From NCBI GenBank assembly GCA_016219925.1, contig JACRJU010000013.1, forward strand, positions 980-64,979: DNA of 64,000 nt, given 5' to 3'. Of this stretch, positions 50,870-59,194 are shown in pieces. The notes under the pieces were generated by a model. The model had not been told where the DNA came from. It did no database searches and saw nothing but the letters and a program-made list of their open reading frames with translations. Numbering within the stretch: position 1 is the first letter of the stretch; each line of letters starts with the position of its first letter. This stretch comes from Candidatus Uhrbacteria bacterium (GTDB lineage Bacteria > Patescibacteriota > Patescibacteriia > UBA9934 > GWF2-40-263). A program made the translations under genes and the position numbers.

Positions 50870-51757
50870 ATGAACCGTACCACCACCACGTCGTTCGTCT
50901 TCGCCGTACTCGCGGCCTTCGCCCTCACCGCCTGCGGAGGCGTCCAGGCCGATTGGGACCAGCCCGACGGCACCTCGGCCGATGCGGGCGCCAAGCCCGA
51001 CAGCGAGTCCAGCGGCGGCGAGGTCTCGACCACCGCGACGTGCAACCCGGCGATCCAGGACTGCGACGGCGACGGACGCATCGGCCAGGCCGACTGCGGC
51101 CCGTACGACCCGAGCGTCTACGCCGGTGCCCCCGAGCTGTGCGACGGCAAGGACAACAACTGCGACGGTCACACCGACGAGGGATGCCCTGCCAAGCCGG
51201 CCGCAGCGGCCGACTCCGACGGGGACGGCTACCCGGACGGGCCGCAGGACTGCGCTCCGTCCAACCCATCGGTGCACCCGGGCGCGACCGAGATCTGCGA
51301 CGGCGTCGACAACAACTGCGACGGCGTCACCGACGAGGGATGCTCGGCGGCCACAATCCCGCCCGGCAACGAGGCGAAGCTCTCGTGTACGTTCACCTTC
51401 ACGACGGACCGGCAACGGACCGTCAACGTGCAGGCGTACGACACCAAGGCCGACCTCGGCAAGTGGTGGGACTCGAGCCAGACCGGCTCGGGCAAGTCCA
51501 TCACGGTCGAGCTCCCGCAGGTGCCCAAGGACATCTGCGGGTTCCGCCTCAACACGGCGGAAGGCAACCCGCCGACCGACTGGTTCTGCGAGGGCAACGG
51601 CTCCACAGCCAACCTCGACCCGTCGACCAGCGTGAGCTGTGTCTTCGACGGGAAGTCCGCGACGAAGTCCGGGCTCAAGACTTGGTCGGCCCCCGGCGGA
51701 ACCAACGCCGGCTGCAGCGCCGTCTGGGTCGTGACCCCCAGCGCCAACTGCTGGTAG
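50870..51757 (+). CDS. putative lipoprotein with 2 MopE-type repeats and a LGKWW C-terminal domain
   Basis: AGGAGGAG SD; lipobox LTAC; PELCDGKDNNCDG and TEICDGVDNNCDG. Confidence 0.82.
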   Translation: MNRTTTTSFVFAVLAAFALTACGGVQADWDQPDGTSADAGAKPDSESSGGEVSTTATCNPAIQDCDGDGRIGQADCGPYDPSVYAGAPELCDGKDNNCDGHTDEGCPAKPAAAADSDGDGYPDGPQDCAPSNPSVHPGATEICDGVDNNCDGVTDEGCSAATIPPGNEAKLSCTFTFTTDRQRTVNVQAYDTKADLGKWWDSSQTGSGKSITVELPQVPKDICGFRLNTAEGNPPTDWFCEGNGSTANLDPSTSVSCVFDGKSATKSGLKTWSAPGGTNAGCSAVWVVTPSANCW

Positions 51758-51775
51758 GTCACAACGATCCCTTCT

Positions 51776-51812
51776 GCCCACTGCGTCTTCCAACCGGTGG
51801 GCGCTTTTTTTT
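51776..51812 (+). terminator. intrinsic terminator
   Basis: GCCCAC...GTGGGC followed by T8. Confidence 0.55.
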
Positions 51813-51877
51813 GTCAGACATTTGTGACTTTTAGTCAAAAATTGCCGTTTTTATTACAAAATACGCGTTTGGATGGC

Positions 51878-51906
51878 TTGACAAATCGGCTATTTTATGA
51901 TATATT
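51878..51906 (+). promoter_or_regulatory. sigma70-like promoter
   Basis: TTGACA-17bp-TATATT with TG extension. Confidence 0.7.
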
Positions 51907-51983
51907 AATCTGTTCCCAAAATGAGGGAATGGATCCGGTTTCTCTCTGCACTAAGTTCTTAAACTCGTTACTTTGTCATGTTG

Positions 51984-52070
51984 TGTCTTTGCGAGGAGGC
52001 CGGTCGAATGACCGGACGACGAAGCAAACTCGAGATTGCTTCGGTCGCTTGAACCTCCCTCGCAATGACA
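51984..52070. repeat. REP-like doublet
   Basis: TGTCTTTGCGAG...GAAGCAAACT / AGATTGCTTCG...CTCGCAATGACA. Confidence 0.65.
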
Positions 52071-52084
52071 ACAGTTTGAGACTT

Positions 52085-52190
52085 GAGTGCAGAGAGACAA
52101 CCATCCCTCCGGGGTGGCTCTGTGGCATACAGCTGAGACGGGATTTCCCCCGCTTCGGTACCGTGTGTCAGATATCCCCCGGAGGGGGAG
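52085..52190 (+). promoter_or_regulatory. conserved structured 5' leader element, copy 2
   Basis: Repeat of 48745-48850 with one substitution. Confidence 0.75.
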
Positions 52191-52206
52191 TAGTTAGGAG
52201 GAAAAG

Positions 52207-53205
52207 ATGAAGAAGCTCCTGTCCGCTTTCGCCGCGAGCCTTCTGCTCGTCGGCGCAACCGTCGTGCTGAACGCCTGTGAGGGCGTTTCGGCCACCTACA
52301 CCACGCCCGAGCCGACCATCGAGTCGGTCGACGCGGGACCGTCGTCCGTCGACGCGGCCAGCGCCGACAAGGGTTCGTCCGTCGACGCCGCTCCGGCGCC
52401 CGACGCGGTCACGTCGACGCACCCGTGCGTCGACAACGACCACGACGGGTACTGCGTCGTCAACGCCAAGGGCGAGCCAGTCGACTGCAACGACTCGCCG
52501 CTCGACAAGGACGGCGACGGGATTGTGGACGGATTCCCGATCCACCCCGGCGCCGCCGAGATCTGCAACATGATCGACGACAACTGCGACGGCCACACCG
52601 ACGAGGGCCTCGAGAAGGTCCTCAACTACGTGGACGGCGACAACGACGGCTACGGCGACATCAACGACCCGGGTGCGGAGACCTGCCTCGCGCAGGGATT
52701 CGTCACCGACAACGGGGACTGCGACGACAACGCCGCCAACATTCACCCCGGCGCCCCGGACAAGCCCAACGACGGCATCGACTCCGACTGCGACGACGAG
52801 TCGCAGAAGGAGAATGCTCCGCCCACGGAGACGGCCGTCCATGGCGTCCTGACCGTGCAGGTCCCCAACAAGGCGGCACTGGTGCTCTCGTACCAGTTCG
52901 CCAAGTCGGAAGATCTGCTCGGCAAGTGGTGGGAGCCGGACGTCGCCAAGGCAGAGAACGGCGATGAGGTAGGCACGTCGTTCGTGATGTCCAAGGACAT
53001 CGCGTTCGTGCGCCTCAACGTCACGATCGGCACCGGCGACGCGGCCACCTGGCTGTGCTCCGGCTCGGGCAACGACGCGGCGCTCCTCAAGGACGCCAAG
53101 GTGAAGCTCGAGTTCGGCGGCGGCGCGCTCGTCGGCGAACCCTACCTGTGGTCCGCCCCAGAAGGCGGCTGCAGCGTCGTCTTCCCGATCGCCTACCTCG
53201 AGTAG
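52207..53205 (+). CDS. putative lipoprotein with MopE-type repeats and a LGKWW C-terminal domain
   Basis: AGGAGGA SD; lipobox LNAC; IHPGAAEICNMIDDNCDG; DCDDNAANIHPGA. Confidence 0.82.
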   Translation: MKKLLSAFAASLLLVGATVVLNACEGVSATYTTPEPTIESVDAGPSSVDAASADKGSSVDAAPAPDAVTSTHPCVDNDHDGYCVVNAKGEPVDCNDSPLDKDGDGIVDGFPIHPGAAEICNMIDDNCDGHTDEGLEKVLNYVDGDNDGYGDINDPGAETCLAQGFVTDNGDCDDNAANIHPGAPDKPNDGIDSDCDDESQKENAPPTETAVHGVLTVQVPNKAALVLSYQFAKSEDLLGKWWEPDVAKAENGDEVGTSFVMSKDIAFVRLNVTIGTGDAATWLCSGSGNDAALLKDAKVKLEFGGGALVGEPYLWSAPEGGCSVVFPIAYLE

Positions 53206-53490
53206 GCTTCCTCGGGCGCTCTACACGCCCCCTGACCCCGGCGCCCACCTGCCCCATCGCTCTAGATGGAACGCAGGTGGGTGTCCGGGGTCTTGTTATT
53301 GACAAAATCTTCGTTTCCTGATAAAAAAAGCCCTCGCTCATTATCAACAGACCTCTATGCTTTTGGTCTTGATTCGGCTTGTTTTGCCTAAAATCGAGGG
53401 CAGTTGCGTGGAGATCTAGGCGGCCAAGCAGGGAAAGTCCCTGCCTGTGTTGCCAAGAAGAGTCCCCAAGCAGGGGGCAAGGAGTTCGTG

Positions 53491-55176
53491 ATGTTTTCGC
53501 CTCGTCCTCTCATCATGGCGGCGGTCCTCGCGACCGCGTGCCAGTCCAACCCGTTCGGCTCGCTCGAAGCGAGCTACGACGCATCGGCGGACACGTCGTC
53601 CCAGGCCGAGGCATCGCCTGCCACCATCGACAAGGACAATGACGGCGTTCCTGCCTCGCAGGACTGCGACGACAACGACCCCAAGGTCGGCAAGGCGCAG
53701 ACCTGGTACTTCGACAACGATGGCGACGGCTGGGGCAACACCTCGGCCACGTTCGTCTCGTGCACGAAGCCGGCGAGCTACGTCGACGTCTCCCACGCAG
53801 GCGACTGCGCGGATGCCGACAAGTCGTCCTATCCCGGCGCGCCCGAGCTGTGCGACGGCAAGGACAACGACTGCGATGGCAAGATCGACAACGCGACTGG
53901 CAACGTCTGGTACTTCGATGCCGACGGCGATCAGCGCGGCGATCCAGGCGCGATCGTCACGGGCGGCTGCAAGGCGCCCAACGCCAAGCTCGTCGGGAAC
54001 GCCGACGACTGCGACGACCTCAACCCGAAGGTCTACAAGAACGCGCCCGAACTGTGCGACGGCGTCGACAACAACTGCAACGGGCAGATCGACGAAGGGG
54101 TGAAGATTCCCATCTGGGTCGATGCCGACGGCGACGGTTTCGGCGACAAGTCCAAGCCGACCTTCGCCTGCAAGGTGGAACCCGGGTTCGCCGGGAACGC
54201 CGACGACTGCGATGACAAGAACATCAAGGTCAATCCCAAGGCCGCCGAAGTCTGCAACAACGTCGACGACAACTGCAACGGGCAGACCGACGAAGGTACG
54301 ACGACGACCTTCTACGCGGACGAGGATGGCGACAGCTTCGGCAATGCGGCCAAGCCTGTCCAGGCCTGTTCGCTCGGGCCCGGGCTCGTGACGGCGCCCT
54401 TCGCGACCGACTGCAGCGATACGAACGCCAAGGTGAACCCCAAGGCGGACGAGCTGTGCGACGGCATCGACAACAATTGCGACGGCAAGACCGACGAGCC
54501 GAGCGCCAAGGACGCCCAGGTCTACTACCTCGACGAAGACGGTGACGGCTTCGGTCTGGAGAGCACGGCTGTCAAGAGCTGTGCCAAGCCTTCGTCCAAG
54601 CACGTCCTGATTACGGCGGACTGCAACGACGATCCGAAGGTCGGCAAGGCCGCCCATCCCGGCGCAACCGAGATCTGCGACGGCCTCGACAACGACTGCG
54701 ACGGCAAGACCGACGAGGGCACAGCCCAGGAGCTATGCGACGACGGCCTGCCGTACACCACCGACGCTTGCTCGGGCAAGGCGGGGTGCGTCAACCTGCC
54801 GCTCCCGGTCACGCTCACCTGCAAGGTGCCGTCCGATGCCGAGTTCAAGTTCAACCCGGCGGAGGACAGCTGCTCGGCGGCTGTCTTCTACTCCAAGGTC
54901 GCGGGTGGCGAGGTGAGCTACAGCGCGCTCTCGATCAAGGAGGGCACGCTCACGCCTTCGCCCGCCGATCTGTGCGCCATGTTCAAGGACGGCTGGAACC
55001 TCCACGTGGAGGATCTGGTTTCGACCATGAGTGGTGTCTCCGGGTGGGTCGGTGGCGAGTACGTCACCGTCAAGGTCGACGGCAAGCCGGTGAAGGGAAC
55101 GCCGGGGAGCGTCACCATCCTCCCCCCCGGCCTCGACTTCATCTACACGGCCAAGGACTTCGGGTTCTGCCCGTAG
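53491..55176 (+). CDS. putative lipoprotein with multiple MopE-type repeats
   Basis: AAGGAG SD; LATAC; repeated WYxDxDGDGxG...DCDD..P.A.E.CDG.DNNC.G. Confidence 0.85.
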   Translation: MFSPRPLIMAAVLATACQSNPFGSLEASYDASADTSSQAEASPATIDKDNDGVPASQDCDDNDPKVGKAQTWYFDNDGDGWGNTSATFVSCTKPASYVDVSHAGDCADADKSSYPGAPELCDGKDNDCDGKIDNATGNVWYFDADGDQRGDPGAIVTGGCKAPNAKLVGNADDCDDLNPKVYKNAPELCDGVDNNCNGQIDEGVKIPIWVDADGDGFGDKSKPTFACKVEPGFAGNADDCDDKNIKVNPKAAEVCNNVDDNCNGQTDEGTTTTFYADEDGDSFGNAAKPVQACSLGPGLVTAPFATDCSDTNAKVNPKADELCDGIDNNCDGKTDEPSAKDAQVYYLDEDGDGFGLESTAVKSCAKPSSKHVLITADCNDDPKVGKAAHPGATEICDGLDNDCDGKTDEGTAQELCDDGLPYTTDACSGKAGCVNLPLPVTLTCKVPSDAEFKFNPAEDSCSAAVFYSKVAGGEVSYSALSIKEGTLTPSPADLCAMFKDGWNLHVEDLVSTMSGVSGWVGGEYVTVKVDGKPVKGTPGSVTILPPGLDFIYTAKDFGFCP

Positions 55177-55403
55177 CCTCGGCCTCACTAGACTCGGTGC
55201 GGACACAGCGGTATTATCCGCTTCGTCGTCCGCACCGAGTCGCTCTTTTTCCTCTTAGTCTAAACAAAGCGATCAGAATCGACACGATACGTTGTTATTA
55301 AAGAACGCATCATGTCGGGGTTGATCGGTTTCAACAACGACCGGTTCACGGGCGGTCACCCGTGTCACTGCCGTCCATGAGTATGGGTGGCTGGGAGGTG
55401 GCC

Positions 55404-57536
55404 ATGTCGGCCCGCATCACGCATCTGTTCGCGAGCCTCGTGCTCGCGGTTTCTCTCGTGTCCGTCGGCTGCGTCGTGGACGACGGAGGCCATCGCGTCG
55501 CCGACGGCGGCGCGATCAGCAGTTCGCCCGACGCGGCGAACTACGCCACCAAGGCCTTCCCGCTCAAGGACCTGACCACGGGCCTCGCGGCCGCGTGTAC
55601 GCCGGTCACCGGCGACGACAACTGCAACGCCGAAGGGCCGGGCGGCCAGAAGCTTTTCTGTGCCGCAGATCACCTGTGCTACTTCGCCAAGGCCGACGGC
55701 GGGTGCACGTACCCGCAGCTCGGCGGAGGAACGAAGACCTGCGTCTACACCGCCTGCGCCAAGGACGCCGACTGCGCTCTCGCGAATCCCGACCCGGATC
55801 ACCTGACCGGTACCTGCATCTTCACGGTGCAGTCCAGCGTCAGCGACGAGGGAGGAGAATGCGGGTTCTTCTACAAGGACTGTTCGGCCGCGGCAGGGAC
55901 GCCCTGCCAGGTCGACGGCTTCTTGACCTGCGCCAACAACGTCTGCACCTGTTCGGTGTCGTCCGACCTCTCCAAGGCGGTCACCGAGGTCTGCGACAAC
56001 GTCGACAACAACTGCAACGGGCAGACCGACGAGACGTTCAGCCTTGGTGCGGCCTGCGACGGCGCGGACGCCGACCAGTGCAAGCATGGCACCCTTCAGT
56101 GCAGTCAAGACGGCCTCTCGACCGTCTGCACAAACGAGACCGTCCAGAACATCGCCGAGACCTGCAACGGCGTTGACGACGACTGCGACAACGCGATCGA
56201 CGAGGACTTCCCGACGCTCGGGCAGGCCTGCGACGGCGCGGACGCCGACCAGTGCAAGAACGGCGTGCTCGTATGCAGCAATGACGGCAAGGGCGTCGCC
56301 TGCGAGGAAGTCGGCAAGAACGTCGAGGAAGCCTGCAACGGCGTCGACGACGACTGCGACGGGCAGACCGACGAGGGCTGCGACGATGACAAGGACGGCT
56401 ACTGCGACGCCTCGATGGCGTTCGCCTCCGGCGCGGCCTGCCAGAAGGGCGACTGCAATGACGCCGACAAGACCATCCACCCGGGCGCCACCGAGATGTG
56501 CAACGGCGTGGATGACGACTGCAACGCGCAGACCGACGAGATCTTCCCGCTTGGGCAGACCTGCTCGGACGGCCTGGGCGTCTGCAAGGTCAGCGGCACC
56601 TACAACGCCTGCGCGCAGGACGGCCTCTCGGCCAAGTGTTCGGTCACGGCCGACCTTTCCAAGGCGGCCACCGAGATCTGTGACGGCGTCGACAACAACT
56701 GCGACGGCAAGACCGACGAGGGCTGCGACGACGACAACGATGGCTGGTGTGATGCCTCGATGGCGTTCGCCTCCGGCGCGGCCTGCCAGAAGGGCGACTG
56801 CAACGACGCCAGCGTCGGCATCAACGGAGCGGCCACCGAGATCTGCGACGGCGTCGACAACAACTGCGACGGCAAGACCGACGAGGGTTGCGACGACGAC
56901 GCAGACGGCTACTGCGACGCCACGATGCTCGTCGGCACGGGTGCGGCCTGCAAAGGAAGCGCCGGCAAGGGCACGGACTGCGACGACACCAAGGCCGACG
57001 TTCATCCCGACCAGGAGGAGGTCTGCTCGACCTCCTACGACGACAACTGCGACGGCCTCATCGACCTCAAGGCCGATGGCAAGACGCCCGTGTGCAACGC
57101 GTGCTTCTCGGCCGTGACGATCGCCTGCGGCGACGTCGTCGAAATCGACATGGCGAAGAACGCGAACGCGTTCAACGCCATCAACTCCTACGCGTGCTGG
57201 TCTCAGCTCGGAACGCCCAAGACCCTCAAGAGCGTCTTCGACGCCCCAGAGGTCGTGGTCGTTCCGGACGCCCCCGCCGGCACCAAGTTCTCGCTGAAGA
57301 TCGTGTCGAGCGACAAGCCCGTGCTCGCGACGATGCTTCACGGCTCGTGCCAGGCGGACGCGGGAACCAAGGCCGTGACGCCCTACAACGCGGGCGCGGG
57401 CCTCACCGGCACCTGCGCCGACTACACCATCGGCGGTGCGGTCAGCGGTGGCGTCGTGGGCCAGGACTTCGCGGCTCTGGACGCCCTGTCCGCGACCAAG
57501 GTGAAGGTTCGCTTCACCTGCGTCACCACGCCCTAG
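55404..57536 (+). CDS. putative lipoprotein with multiple MopE-type/Cys-rich repeats
   Basis: GGGAGGTG SD; SVGC; repeated EICDGVDNNCDGKTDEGC. Confidence 0.85.
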   Translation: MSARITHLFASLVLAVSLVSVGCVVDDGGHRVADGGAISSSPDAANYATKAFPLKDLTTGLAAACTPVTGDDNCNAEGPGGQKLFCAADHLCYFAKADGGCTYPQLGGGTKTCVYTACAKDADCALANPDPDHLTGTCIFTVQSSVSDEGGECGFFYKDCSAAAGTPCQVDGFLTCANNVCTCSVSSDLSKAVTEVCDNVDNNCNGQTDETFSLGAACDGADADQCKHGTLQCSQDGLSTVCTNETVQNIAETCNGVDDDCDNAIDEDFPTLGQACDGADADQCKNGVLVCSNDGKGVACEEVGKNVEEACNGVDDDCDGQTDEGCDDDKDGYCDASMAFASGAACQKGDCNDADKTIHPGATEMCNGVDDDCNAQTDEIFPLGQTCSDGLGVCKVSGTYNACAQDGLSAKCSVTADLSKAATEICDGVDNNCDGKTDEGCDDDNDGWCDASMAFASGAACQKGDCNDASVGINGAATEICDGVDNNCDGKTDEGCDDDADGYCDATMLVGTGAACKGSAGKGTDCDDTKADVHPDQEEVCSTSYDDNCDGLIDLKADGKTPVCNACFSAVTIACGDVVEIDMAKNANAFNAINSYACWSQLGTPKTLKSVFDAPEVVVVPDAPAGTKFSLKIVSSDKPVLATMLHGSCQADAGTKAVTPYNAGAGLTGTCADYTIGGAVSGGVVGQDFAALDALSATKVKVRFTCVTTP

Positions 57537-57553
57537 CGGCGCAACACTTCCCG

Positions 57554-57587
57554 GTCGGTCAGCTCTGCTGATCGGCCGATTTTTTTT
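57554..57587 (+). terminator. intrinsic terminator
   Basis: TCGGTCAGC-TCT-GCTGATCGG stem followed shortly by T8. Confidence 0.65.
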
Positions 57588-57636
57588 GCGTGTTCTTATT
57601 CAGCCTCCTTAGCCCTTTTCATGATACAATTCTTTC

Positions 57637-59187
57637 ATGATCAACTTGCAGGCCGTTTATTTTCAATCAGAAGTCACGGCGCGACGATCTCTCTTCGCCC
57701 TTTTGGGTTTTTTGATTGTGCTTCTTATTATCGAGTCGGTCGTGTCGCCTTGGGTTGCTCTTGGGGTTCTCATTGCGGCCATCATGGTCGTTGGAGCGTT
57801 CATTTCACCCACCCTCGTTTTAGGATTTCTTGCAATCTATTTGCCCTTCGAGCCGCTCGTGCTGAAGTTTGTTCCAGACGCTCTGTATGTTTTTTCCCGA
57901 TTTTTTTCCGAAGGAGCAATTTATTTATTGGTTGTGGTCGTGGCGTGGCGATGGATTTCCGGACGCCTCACGTCTGAGCGCACGTCTTTGAATCTCCCCT
58001 TTGGTCTGTTCATTCTGGCTCTCTTGTCCGCCGCGGCCGTTCACGCCGTTCCGCTTTCGATCACCGCGCTTGGCTTGCGGCAGATTCTGCGTTTTCCGAT
58101 CATCTTTTTTTTGGTTGTGGCTCTGCGCCCGTCCAAGGCTTTCATTCAAAAACTCACGTTCGCGCTGTTTATCATTTTGCTTATTCAATCCGCGTTAGGC
58201 ATCGCCCAGTATTTTATCGGACAAAGGCTCGACTCGCTTCTTATTGCATCGGACACACGTTCCTTTGGTGAACTCACCCTCACAAGCGGCGTCGAGCAGT
58301 TTTGGGATCCGGGTTCGCGGGTGTTTGCCACGCTTGGGCGCTATGATCGTTTGGGAAATTTTCTTTATCTCGTTTTATTGATCGCTTCCGGCTTTCTTTT
58401 TACTTTTGAAAAAAAATCTCCTCACATGCATCGTCTCTTGTGGTGGGTATTTGCTCTGGGGATCCCCACACTTGTGCTGACGTATTCGCGGTCGTCGTGG
58501 TTTGCTTTTTTGATTGGGTTTTTATTTATCGGACTTATCATCAAGCGTGATAAAAAAGTTTTTGCGGGTCTGCTCGCGTCGGTGCTTATTATTCTTGGTT
58601 ATCTTGCCGCTTCAGGTATCACGGTGGATTTACTCGCAGAAGCGCCAGGACAAACTGTGACAGAACGATTTTTTGAGGCGTTTAGTTATACCCGATGGCG
58701 GGGAGAATATTTCGGTCTCGGTCGGGTCTTTTGGTATGTACAAACCCCAGCCACGGTTATTGTGGCTTCGCCGATCTTGGGGTGGGGAGCCGGGCAATTT
58801 GGCGGTGGCGCCGTCGCCGCGCTTCACAACACGCGTGTGTACGATGAACTCGATCTCCCGTTTGGCATTTTTGGAACGGAAGGACATATCGATAACAACT
58901 GGTTTTCGCTATGGGGTGAAGCCGGCACGCTCGGGCTCGTTTTCTTTATTTGGATGGGGATGGCCCTTTGGCGCGAGGCTTTGCGAACCTATTACACTTC
59001 TTCCGATCCTTATGTTAAAGGATTAGCTATTGGCCTGTGTGCAATCTTGCTTGCGGTATCGTTTAACGGGTTTACTTCGACGATTTTTGAAATTCGCACG
59101 GTCGGGTTTTATGTGTGGATGTATGGAGGGATGGTGTGGGTGTTGAGGGAAAATGGGAAAAGGAGTTATGGGGAACAACGGCGATGA
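57637..59187 (+). CDS. O-antigen ligase/Wzy-like polytopic membrane protein
   Basis: Many TMs; LTYSRSSW, GWGAGQFG, HIDNNW..LWGEAGTLG. Confidence 0.85.
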   Translation: MINLQAVYFQSEVTARRSLFALLGFLIVLLIIESVVSPWVALGVLIAAIMVVGAFISPTLVLGFLAIYLPFEPLVLKFVPDALYVFSRFFSEGAIYLLVVVVAWRWISGRLTSERTSLNLPFGLFILALLSAAAVHAVPLSITALGLRQILRFPIIFFLVVALRPSKAFIQKLTFALFIILLIQSALGIAQYFIGQRLDSLLIASDTRSFGELTLTSGVEQFWDPGSRVFATLGRYDRLGNFLYLVLLIASGFLFTFEKKSPHMHRLLWWVFALGIPTLVLTYSRSSWFAFLIGFLFIGLIIKRDKKVFAGLLASVLIILGYLAASGITVDLLAEAPGQTVTERFFEAFSYTRWRGEYFGLGRVFWYVQTPATVIVASPILGWGAGQFGGGAVAALHNTRVYDELDLPFGIFGTEGHIDNNWFSLWGEAGTLGLVFFIWMGMALWREALRTYYTSSDPYVKGLAIGLCAILLAVSFNGFTSTIFEIRTVGFYVWMYGGMVWVLRENGKRSYGEQRR

Positions 59188-59194
59188 GTCCGTT

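Noticed and set aside
48745-52190. Diversity-generating retroelement TR/VR pair
   Set aside because: The repeats are non-coding, differ by a single T/C rather than at adenines, and no reverse transcriptase is in the window.
48692-57341. Long minus-strand and alternate-frame ORFs (48692-50215, 50771-51838, 53416-54657, 55365-57341 and others)
   Set aside because: Expected by-products of extreme GC3 bias; they lack SD sites and domains, and the + frames carry signal peptides and repeats.
48400-57590. Integron cassette array or CRISPR interpretation
   Set aside because: No integrase or cas genes, no attC-type RYYYAAC/GTTRRRY ends recognised, no regular repeat-spacer period, and several genes have their own promoters.
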